Made by a program: the position numbers and the translations under genes
The notes under the pieces: generated by a model
The model's input: only the letters and a program-made list of their open reading frames with translations
What the model was told of the DNA's origin: nothing
Database searches by the model: none
Part shown: piece after piece, positions 1 to 12,200 of the stretch
Position numbering within the stretch: the first letter of the stretch is position 1
Layout: the number at the start of each line of letters is the position of its first letter
Assembly (NCBI GenBank): GCA_043228905.1
Contig: JBHGNT010000021.1
Coordinates: 10,044,001-10,108,000, forward strand
Direction: 5' to 3'
Length of the DNA: 64,000 nt
From: Azolla caroliniana
Taxonomy: Eukaryota > Plantae > Polypodiophyta

Positions 1-247
1 CATAACCTTCCAACTAACAAAACTAGAAGCAGGGGAACTCTGTTTCTTCATGTTAACTATTGGTGTGTCAACAAGACATTAGAACAAAAGAGACTTTAGC
101 AATTTGAAGGAGATAAGCTGACAGGATATTCAGATATTGCACAACAGTAAAAGAATGGCCATCACCTATCCATTGAATTGGGAAAAAAAATCTTTTCTAT
201 ATCCTATAGGGCATGATTCCACAGTTTATTCTATAGATGACCACTCA

Positions 248-3200
248 TCAAAATATTTGCCTGTGGCCTTCATCTGGAATCGCGAGTTCATCAAAATCAC
301 CAACAATTACCTGCATACATGTAAACTTACATGGTTGAGACGTGGAAATAAACGCCTACATTTGCTAAAAAACTGTTGTATGCCTTATTATGACTTTGGA
401 TACAGAAGTTTTTGTAATGAAAACGAGCTTGGCAATCAAGATTACCTCAAATTTTTTATTTCTAAATGTGTATATAACTTTCAATTGCTTTGCTTCACCA
501 GGGCATGGATCACAAAACCCAATCAGACCCGATTTCTTTACACCTCCATGTAGCTGAAAAACAGTTGCAGAAAATGAGGAAAAGCCAGTAAACTAAGAGC
601 AATTTATAAACATATGTATCAGGGATTTCGAGGGTGCTGTCTAGCCAACCTGGAGTTGACCATTATCACTGACTAGAAAATTGAGCGTTGTTGTGACATC
701 AACAACTGGAGGTGGTATATCATCTTCATTCTCCGAATTTCTATCATCAGAGAACTCATGGATGAGCCTTCTTGATTCAAAATCAAGGATATTTCCATAC
801 ATTCCCTCCAAGACAACCAATCCTCCAAATTTCAATTGTTTATCCCGCTTTCTATCTGATACAACTTTTACTAGTGATTGTGCCTTCTCAGCTTTGGCTC
901 TTGCTTCTTGAACCTGAAATTTTCTACATGTCAGCAAAAAAAGGAAAGAAAATATATTTAGATCTGAAACCCAGATTATCCTATGAGAAGATTCCAATGA
1001 CAAGATACATTCCCCATGGTCACATGGGAAGGACAAGGGGAATGTGGAATCCAAAATGGGGAGAATGCCTAGGTTAGGCTGAAGGAACAGTTCAGAACAG
1101 CATTAACATTTGGGAAAAAATCTGAAATACCCCAGTGATCTTCTTTATTTCCCCAAATGCCCTTTGTTAGTCCTGAAATGCAATTATATGATCAATTTAT
1201 CCCTGTTTAATACTCTACACATAAACAAATGGTTAATTTATCCCCATTTTCTCTCTCAGGAGTTGACCAAAGGCACTTGGAAAATAAAGAATAGCTCGTG
1301 GATATTTCAAAGTTCTTCATTTAAAAAGAATAATGATTCTCACAGGGATGCAAACATAGATAATACACTCACGAGGATGCATAGCCTGATTTTTTACAAG
1401 GTTTTTTTACGATACTACATGCCTGAACAGCTGTAGCGCGTCTTTGTTCCTTTCTCCTCTGTTGGTTTCTTCGTAAATAAAATGGCTTGAAGACATAAAC
1501 CTACATGCATCACCATCAGCTACTATACGCCATCACCATCACCATCACCATCACCACTGAAATGCTTCACATGCTCATTAGATGGCATCTACTGACCTTA
1601 AGCAAAGCATAAAGAGATGAAGGTATTAGAAAGGCTCCAGTCGCTATCCAAGGGTTGAGAGAGGGTGTTAGCAGAACCTGTTGAGAAATACAACACCTTA
1701 CTCAGAATTGAACTTACCATAGAAGATCATAAAATGCATCAAGTAAAGAAGAAACAGAACTTCATGGAAAAGGATGAGAGCTGCAATATGGAACATAATC
1801 TTGACATCGACTCGGCATACAAATCCTCGATGTACAATTTTCATAACCTCTAGCCTCAGATGGTTAAGTGAAACTCATTTAATGACCACACAACCACCTT
1901 GATGAGCCCTACACTAGTTCCAAAGTACAGTGTATACACTGAAAATCATATAGACACATGGGTAGCTGAAAAATCCATTCAGTCAAAAAAGCATGGATTA
2001 TCAAGACTAGGAAATCCTATTTACACATAGGTAGCTGCAGATCCATTTGATTGCAAGAGCACCAAAACCTAGCACGCTTATGTTGATGGATAAGCACTTT
2101 TGAATTACTCTTAACTCCAATATGAAATATGATGAATCTCAATCATTTTTAACATTAAGTTCTGTCTCTACTACTATACAACCATATGCATTGCTCTCTC
2201 TATTCATGCTGACTACCTCTGCTTTATCAGCATGCTTTCAAGACAGTTATGAATCAATTGATTTCTCTTTTTCCTTTTCAAGTGTGGAAATGGAAAACAA
2301 GAGAAGAGGATGAAGAAGAAACTTTTATTATCATCTTCTCAATGCTAAATTGGCCTATAAGGCAAATCCAGTAAAAAGGAGAATCAGATGTAAAAAAGAG
2401 AGTTTTAAGATACTACAATGCAGCAAAGGTAGAGTTACATATAATACTTGCAGAATTACCTTAATATGTCTTAAAGTGCAATATAAAGAATACTCACTGG
2501 AATAATGATTTTTTGCGCGCCTCGTGAGAATCGGAATTTCCAAGATATTCCCTGCAAGAATACTAACTTTCAAAGGAAAACAAATATGGTCACAGCAAGA
2601 GAATGCATTTTTCTTTGTTTGTTTGCTTGTTTGTTAACATTGTCTGACACCATTTTTCATCCCTGGGCTATGGAAATGACTTTACAAAGCCATTTTTTGA
2701 TAAAAAGAGAGCTAGCATATCATAAATTTGCAGAGCCCTTTCATGAGAAAAGTGTTTGACAGCATTTATTTATATCAATTTACATCTCTTGAGTTATGGA
2801 GAATGAATTTGTAAAGCCCTTTTAGCAACCCATGACATGAGGTCATAAAGCTTAAGCTTTAAGACTACACCATCACATTTATACATTTTATGTGTAATCA
2901 AAATTTCCAATGGTTGTATAAAAGAAAAGTAGAACGCTTTTTAGCATGACCATAACAGTCAACCCACAGCATCAGATCATAAATCATGAACTTTATCATT
3001 ACACAATCACATTCATACATTTTATTTGTGACTATAAATTATAATGGCTGTACAAAGGCAACGCTTACTTATTTCTATGTATTTTTTTAAATTACTCCAT
3101 AATATGTAAGAAACATCATTGATTGGTTACAGTTTGGAAAAGCCCAAGATCATGATGGATTGGTAGGTGTGCACTTCATTTATGCCCGCGACAGCTACCA

Positions 3201-6200
3201 CGCATCTTTAACAAAGCTGTGTGTGAAGGTTTCTCGACGCAAGGTAATGGAATATGAGGACCAACGATGCCTAGGACTTTTCTTGCTAGAGCTCAAGAGA
3301 CATCGGGAAAAGTTGTTGAAGAATACAGCCACACAAGCTCATCCACAAAGAACAATCACAACTTTCTTTAGCCCCATCACTCCTACTAATGCTACAAGTC
3401 CATCACAGGATACACAAATGGGCCCCAGACCAGGACATAACAAAGGGGTTACAATTGATCAGGCAATAGCAATTTGCCGTGCACGTAGGCCCCAACCCCA
3501 TGGACCACAACCTCGACAACCTTGTCATTGACAGATAAAAGCCATTATCTCCCACCATCGTAGGTGCTTCCCTCGCTTCGGAGACATTTCCATTCTGGAT
3601 CGACCTATGCTAGAGATCTTTCGAAGACAAAAGCTACAACTATCTTGAGAATCTCACATGTGCCAAAACCCAGATTCCCTCATTTCTTCTCTTTTCATCT
3701 TATTTACTTTTATATTTACTGTGTAATATTTATTTTATTTTGATTTGTTCTCAAAGACAAGAAAACACTCGAGATGTAATCTCTTATTTGGTCTTATTGG
3801 CCATTTTGGCCTCTTAAAAGACATTAATATATCTTTCTTTCTTTCTACTTGCTAGACAGAACATACCACTATGTCAAACTTCAAGAGTGGAGACCCAATG
3901 ATGCCGAGCAATTATAGGACAACCCATTGTGGGTGGTTCTCAAAGATGAGAAAACATTTTAATATGTAATCTCTTGTTTGGTTTTATAGGCCATTTTGAC
4001 CTATTAAAAGACATTTGTACAATATATATATATATATTTCTTTCTTTCTTTCTTTCTTTCTTTCTCTCTCTTTTTCTTTCTTTTTTACATTCTCGTTACC
4101 CTTATTTATTTTCCATTTCTCGATTGTTTACTTATTAATTTATTATTTGTTCATTCATCTTTATTTCAGTACATACATGCAAACCTATAGTACAAAACAT
4201 AGCCAAAGAGCTGTGACTCGATATCTTCCGCTCACCACCAATCTCCACTTCAGCTGCATTACTGTCACCAAAATTTCAGAAGTTATAATTAGTATACAGT
4301 CAAAAGGTAGCCTACATTATCGTGTGTGACATCCCACCTTGCCAACCTCCCAGTTATTCTTCCTCGGGAGTGTACTGAAAAAGAATGGTTGTAATTGGCT
4401 GTGATGCCAATAGCAGAGGGGCCAATCTAAAATATCCGAAAATCATCCATGATGAGACTTGGCTGTCACACTACAACTACTAATGTAGATGTGCCAAAAA
4501 ACGATTTACCCCACCTTTAGTTCCCCAGAACCTGAATTTACTTTCCCTTGTTTTACCCACCCCACGACTAAAGCTGTGTCAGGTCCAATGACAAGTTGAA
4601 TCTGTGATCAAAACATGAAAAAGAGATATGTATGTAAAAAGGCATTCTCACTTATATGCATAATAAGAATATATTAACATTAACAATGATGTTTAAACAA
4701 GTTACACCCTCTTCACGCAATGAGAAAATCAGTACTCTCTGAACTATTCAACCCATGGCGTTTGACATTTCTCAAAAATTATTTGCAAAGTATAACAAAA
4801 CAACATTAAAGAAATTTACACAAATGCAAAAGAGAGCTTCACTTTTTGGTCATCACATTAGCAAGAAAACTTGCCATTAACATTAAAATTTCACTATCCA
4901 CATATTTGATGGTGGCTGAGTTTTTTTAATTGCAAGAAAGGAACAAAATGGCATTATGATGAGTTTCACACTAATGAAAATCAAAATAAGTGAAAACAAA
5001 ACATAATATACTGGTAGAACATCATAAATCTAGAATGACGAGAGTTCTGGATCTTGGAAATGAAGAGATATATAGGGGTCATCTTTATATAGATTTGGAT
5101 CTTGAGAATGAGGAGATATATATGGGAAACTCATTAGCTTCCCATATGGGTTTGTCCACACTAGGATCTTCTACATTAAGGGATGATCACACCTTGGAAA
5201 TGTGCAAGGATAGTTTCCAACACTTGATTCCAGAAGTAAAACAGATTACTTATTTACAAAAGCAAAACACTTCTATGAGGACTGGCATACCCACAAGAGG
5301 TATATCCAGATCTTGGGTCTTAGAAGCAATGATTGGGAAGTAGATAAGGCCACGCAAGAATGGATGAACTAATGATAGAAGTGTCCACCTTCTGAGGTAT
5401 AGTGGTTCTTAATTTTGTGAACCATATAATAAGAACTTACAAATAATTTACAAGAGAAAGCTTAAACAAATAGACATACACTAATTTTGTAGTGAGCTGG
5501 TCCATATCCTATCTAAGCTCTAAGGTGCGAACACATGGGTAAACTACAATTGTGAGCTACTCTCATATGTAATAGCAGTTTTGTTTTCATATATCCATCT
5601 CTGTAATTGTAACTCTATATACCTATCTAATCGATTCTCAATATTTCTAACATGGTATTAGAGCTGAGAGGTTGATCTAGATTAGGTATATACGGGTAGT
5701 TGCTGTCTAGCAGCATAGAAAGAAAGAAAGAAGAAAGAAATATATATTAACGTCTTTTAAGAGGCCAAAATGGCCTATAAGACCAAACGAGGGAATCTGG
5801 TTTTTAGCACATGTGAGATTCAATTGTAACCCCTTTGTTATGTCCTAGTTTGGGGCCCATTTGTGTATCCCGTGATGGACTTGTAGGACTAGTAGGAGTG
5901 ATGGGGCTAAAGAAAGTTGTGATTGTTCTTTGTGGATGAGCTTGTGTGGCTGTATTCTTCAACAACTTTTCCCGATGTCTCTTGAGCTCTAGCAAGAAAA
6001 GTCCTAGGCATCGTTGGTCCTCATATTCCATTACCTTGCGTAGTGGGCCAAAGCCTTGTTTAAAGAGGCAATGGTATCTCCCTTTGATTTCATAAAAGAC
6101 ACTACAATGACAAACATAGTGTTCCTCAGATTCCACTCCTTGATGACACAATTGGCAAATTCTCTCTTCTAGAGGTAGTCGTGTATATTTGCCTACCTCA

Positions 6201-9200
6201 ATGTGTAGCTGATGTCATGAAGTTCTTAGTTGCCCTATCACACTACGCAACACATAGGATAGATGTACGTCCATATAAGGTGGCCTGATGACAAATCCAT
6301 CCTCCGATGTATGTAAGAAGTGTGTCTTATAGTGGGCCATCTTTGTACCTAGTGGTATTTTGGGGCTGATCCATGTTATCTTGTTTTCCAAGTTAATAAT
6401 ATCAGTCCGGATGACTCTATTCTTTTCCACTTTGGTCATATTTAGGTGGGGACAATCCAAGCTATATTGGAATGGCGGTAGTGCATTTATACTCATGCCA
6501 TGTGACTCGAACCATTGCTGCATTTCAGCATACCAACAATGAGTGTCTCCATTTTCAGCCAGTTGTCTTGATGACATAAGTGCCAACCTTGGGTACCTTC
6601 GTTTAGGTAGCTCCCAAAAACGTTGGATAAATGTCACTGATCGGAACAATGCCTCGGTTATTATAGATGCTGCTCCCATCTCTGCTTGGATTATATCATG
6701 GGGCACCAATGCTTTGCTCCTTATCATGCGAGCAATCATTGACACTAAAGGTCTCTCTAAATCTTTCCAATGATTTGCCTTGTTAAGACTCAACCCCCAT
6801 ATTTCTACTCCATAGAGAAGAGTTGGTGTGACAAGTGTATCAAATAACCATAGCTTAGTCCGTGGCTCTTGGAACTGCAGATGTGAACATTGTCCACGAA
6901 TGTTGTCGCTGCTCCACTGCGCAAAGAAATAGAGAGAGAGAGAGAGTATCAATGGCCTTGTCCACGAATGTTGTAGCTGCTCCACGGCGCATTTGCCCAC
7001 CTCCATTGTTTAATGGAAAGCTAGATGGAACTAACTACACTCTATGGAAGTTCAAAATGTTTGCCATTTTGGACTCCTACGAGTTGTTGGAGACAATCAT
7101 GGGACCCGCAGGAGGAGACCCTGCGCCCATGGCGACCTTTGACCCTGCACACCCCACCACACCAATCCCTCCAAATGTTGATCTACTTCGAGCTTGGAAG
7201 AGAAGGAAATTTGATGCATTGTGTACCATAGTCACTAGTGTATGTGATTCTATACTAACATTAGTGCAACATACAACCAGGGCACATGAAGCTTGGAGCA
7301 TATTGGCCAGCCAGTATGAAACCAGAAACTATACAAGGATACAAAACCTCGAAAATCAGCTTGCTGCAGAGAAGCTCGCTGATGGAGAGAAAGTAGAATC
7401 CTTTGTAAAAATGATTAAGGATCTTCGAGATCAGTTGGCAGCTGTTGGAGTAGTCGTCTCTCGAGAGGATATGGCTCGTCGGTGCATTCGAGTACTTCCT
7501 TTCAAGTATGATGGCATTGTGACAGCATTGAACACTCAGGTCCGACCCATTCCTTTAAAATTTGATGAACTAAGTGCAATGCTGCTTGAAGAGGAGCTTC
7601 GGCTGAAGACAAGAGAAGGAAGGGAAGATTCGGCATTTGTCTCTAGGACTAAGGGTAAAGGGACATCCAATTCAAACAACGCGAATATGATACCAAAGAA
7701 GAAGTTCAGTGGATCGTGTTTCTATTGTGACAAGAAGGGTCACACAATCAAGGATTGTCGGAAGAAGATGACGGACGAGAAGAATGGTTCTAGTAAGACT
7801 TCTTGGAGAGAGCCCAAGTCCGCCAACAACATCATAGATGAGCTTGAGTTATGGGTCGCAACTAAAGAAGTGTGTTCTTCAGTTCACACTCAAGTTGTCG
7901 ACGACTCTTGGATTCTCAATAGTGGAGCGTCCCGACATATGACTAGTAATTGTAACTGGTACAGCTCTTGGACACCTCTACAAGAGCCCATCAATGTTGT
8001 GGTCGGGAAAAATGCTCGATATCCAGCCAAAGGAACCAAAACCGTCTCCCTCAAAGCAATGACCAGCGGGACAAAGCATATCTCTCAAGTGTTGTGCGTG
8101 CCAGATCTCAAGAAGAATCTACTGTCCATTTCTGCACTAACAGACAAGGGTCTTGATGTTCGATTCAAGAAGTCAGGTGCAAAAATAACAAAGTCTGCTG
8201 GCAAGGTTGTAGGAATAGGGGTAAGGCGCAACAATCTCTATGAGCTGAGCGCGTTTACGATTTCTACTGACCACAGCACAAGTACTAACACAAAGCAATG
8301 GCATGAGAGATTTGGGCATCTCAATGTTGCTGTGTTGAAGGAGACGAAGAAGTCGAATATGGTAGTTGGGTTGCCAACCCTGACTTAAGTCATGTTTTTG
8401 ATGCTTGTATGATGTGCAAGTATCAAAGATCAGCCATTCCAAAAGAGAGTCAAAATGGGACAAAGACTCCTCTACAGCTAATACACATCGACCTCTCTGG
8501 AAAAATGGTGACTCCTGCAATGGGTGGATCTCTCTACTATATTCTACTAGTGACGACTTCAGTAGAAAGATGTGGGTTTACTTCCTTCGGGAGAAGGCTG
8601 AAGCTTTTAAAATCTTCAAAAGATGGCATAAGTTTGTCAAGCGAGAGTCCGGAAAGTTAGTGACGAAGTTACGCTCTGATCGAGCTGGAAAATTCTTATC
8701 AATAGAATTCTGTGAGTATTGCAAAGAGCATGGAATTAAGCGCCAACTTACAACTTCCTACACCCCACAACAAAATGGTGTTGCCGACCGTCGAAACCGA
8801 ACAGTTGTCGAGATGGCTAGGTGTATGTTGAAAGCACAAGCACTGCTTGACCCATTCTAGGCTGAAGCAGTGAATACAGCAGCTTACATCCTCAATCGGA
8901 GCTACACGAAGGCACTTCATGGGAAAACACCCCAAGAAGCTTATTCAGGCAAGAAACATTCAGTGCTGCACTTCAGAACCTTTGGGTGTAAGTGCTACGC
9001 ACATGTTCCAGATGTGAGCAAAAAGAAGTTGGATACTAAAAGCAAGAAGTGTATCTTTCTCGAATATAGTGAAGAGTCAAAGGCCTATCGACTCTACAAT
9101 CCAGAGGCAAGAAAGATATTGACAAGCCACGATGTGGTGTTCGATGAGGAACAACCACAGCTAGCTGAGAACAGCGATTCTCAAGTTACCTCATCAACCG

Positions 9201-12200
9201 AAGAAGTATTCCACCCAATCCCGACCCACTGTCCAAAAAAGGAAGCTGAACCATCTGATGGTAATGGCTCGCTAGTTCAGCCTATGCCAGTCCCACATGT
9301 AAAGAAAATACGTAAGTGGGCTCTACAACTCTTCAATGACCGTACTCCTAAAGTTGAGTTTCCTGAAACTTCAACTGATGGATTACAAAGATCAAGTGGA
9401 ATACAAGAGCAAGGGAGAACCTCTAACCACATTGTCAACATGGCTCTGATGGTGGACATCATAGGCTCAGTGAGTGAGCCAACCTCGGTGGAGGAAGCCA
9501 TGGCCAACCCAAAGTGGAAAGAGGCGATGATATCAGAATACGGTAGCATCAAGAAAAATGACACATGGAGGTTGGTAGAGAGGCCAACAAAGAAGAAGGT
9601 GATAGGCACCAAGTGGGTGTGGAAAGTAAAGTATAAAGCTGATGGTTCTTTGGAGAAATTCAAGGCCAGGCTAGTGGCACAAGGATACTCCCAAATTGAA
9701 GGGGTCGATGTACAAGAAACATTTGCCCCAACAGCTCGCATGACAACAATTTGAATGGTCATAGCGTTGGTTGTTTCAAGAGTATGGCCGATTTATCAAA
9801 TGGATGTCAAATCGGCATTTCTGAATGGGCATCTCAAGGAGGAGGTACACATTACACAACCACCAAGGTTTGAGATGCCGAATTCAGAAAACAGAGTCTT
9901 CAAGCTGAAGAAGGCGTTGTATGGTCTAAAGCAAGCACCAAGAGCTTGGAACAAGAGGATAGACAGCTTCTTGCGATCAATCGACTTTAAGCAATGTGCT
10001 TCGGATGCAAGTATGTATGTCAAAATGAAGGACGGGAAACAAGTCAACATCATCATTTACGTGGATGATCTAGTACTTACTGGTGACCATGAAGAGTGTT
10101 TGAAAACTGAGTTTAAAATGACAGACTTGGGGATTCTACACTACTTCCTTGGAATTGAGGTTTGGCAAACCTCGGTTGGCATCTTCATGTCACAAAGAAA
10201 GTATGCAACAAAGATCTTGAAGACCTTTGGAATGATGGACAGCAAGTCGAAGTCATGATTCTAGAAAATCAATTTCTGGATATTGTTTTTCAATAGGCTC
10301 TGGAGCTGTTTCATGGAGTAGTAAAAAACAACCAACAGTGGCACTATCTTCAATGGAGGCAGAATACAAAGCAACATGCATAGCGGCATGTGAGGTAGTT
10401 TGGCTAAGAAGAATCCTTATGGATGTGGCGGTTCCAATAAGGACGGCAACAATATTGAGGTGTGACAATCAGAGTTGCATGGCCATTGCTAAGAACCCCG
10501 TATTTCACGCACGTACTAAACACATAGAGATTCAGTATCACTATGTGCATGAGCTAATAAATGATGAGATTGTGGAGCTTGAGTACTGTCCGACATCAGA
10601 AAATGTTGCAAATATCTTCACAAAGGCGTTAGGAGCAGAACAGCTACAACAACACCTTCGACGACTAGGAGTTGGCCCAATTCCAACTGAACTCAATGGG
10701 TTGATCATTGAGGGGGCGCGTTAGATATAATCAATGATCAGCCCGAAGTTGTAAATCTATCCCCATATGTGCTCTTAGAGTGCACATTTTGTGATAGTGC
10801 CCCAAATGAGGAGCGGCTAGTGTGCAACTCGACCATATGGGTCAATAAGGTGTTAATCTAGGAAACCGTAGATGCGTAGGACAAAATGTATTTAGGAAAA
10901 AGTGAAATAGGTAATAGGATTGGCTAATCAAGTCAACTAGAATATTTTGTGGGCAAGTTACGATGTACTTAGTCTTGAAGTATGTGCCATTGACTTCAAG
11001 ATAAGTACTATCTAGCACTAGCCTATAACTAGGGAGTTGGGTCATATTAAATGACAAGTTAGTTGACAGAAAAGGAATATCTCCACTACTATCAATTAAC
11101 TTGCAAATTTAATGTTATACTCAGACCAAACATAGAATATAATCCACTTTCTTACACAGTGGTTGGATTGATCGTCAGTCCCCACTAATTTTGTAGTGAG
11201 CTGGTCCATATCCTATCTAAGCTCTAAGGTGTGAGCACATGGGTAAACTACCATTGTGAGCTACTCTCATATGTAATAGAAATTTTGTTTTCATATATCC
11301 ATCTCTGTAATTGTAACTCTATATACCTATCTAATCGATTCTCAATATTTCTAACAAAAACCACCTTATTACATCACGCTATTCATTATCTCTGATTACA
11401 ATTTCCTGATCATAAGGCTAGTTGGTTGCATACCCTAGCCTCTACAACCTTTAACTATTTCTGTGAATAGATCAAATTATGGGCTATGGGAAGAACATAA
11501 ATATCTTGCAGCCAGCTGCATTATGGCTACCTAATTATATCTAAATGTGTGCATACCTAATTATATCTTCATTCTCGAATTTCAACATTAAATGGGCCCA
11601 TTTAAACTTCCCAGTTGTTCACTACCTACCCAAAAATGATTAACTATTTTCCTCATTGTATGAGATTGAAATTTATTTCCGATTCCAATTGAATAAGTTA
11701 GCCGATTATCCTCCATGTCGTTACTAATTGCAGGCAGGGTGCCTTTTGGTTCTTCAAAATCGGTGACACTAATAAGTTCATAAAATGCTAAGGAGGCTTG
11801 CTTCTCTTCATATTTTTAAAATCTATACTATAGTGTATGGTCCATCACTTCTATACCTACGCAATGGAATAAATGCCAAGACATCAACAACAAAACATAT
11901 AGGTTTCATATTTGAAGATGTTTGAAACTAATACCGTTCCTCTTGCAAGATCAGATAATTGTTGAGTCCAAACATTAGTCAGGTTTACTGACCCATCAAC
12001 CAATGAAACAGAGAGACCAATGGCACCAGTTGCATGTGCTGATAATTGCCTGCATAACAAAAAGACATGAGAATATTATTAATGCACATTGTCCTTTTAA
12101 ACAGAAATTGCAAGCCAAAGATCATAACTACCTTGAAGTCTGTACAGTTAAAAGAGACCGTAAACCAACCATAGCAAGAACTTCTACATCTGACTCGGCT

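Larger units (their letters stand above)
5479..11356 (+). mobile_element. Decayed Ty1/Copia LTR retrotransposon in intron 4 (5' LTR truncated)
   Basis: 5' LTR remnant ~5479-5652 matches 11183-11356; PBS TGGTATTAGAGC 5653-5664 (tRNA-iMet type, 1 mismatch); PPT TTGAGGGGGCG then 3' LTR ~10719-11356. Confidence 0.88.

Noticed and set aside
641-1054. 137-aa standalone ORF (and similarly 12426-12728, 12128-12337)
   Set aside because: These are exons of the spliced DnaJ gene with intronic extensions
4990-5343. 117-aa intronic ORF
   Set aside because: No recognisable domain and includes a short local duplication; not assignable by eye
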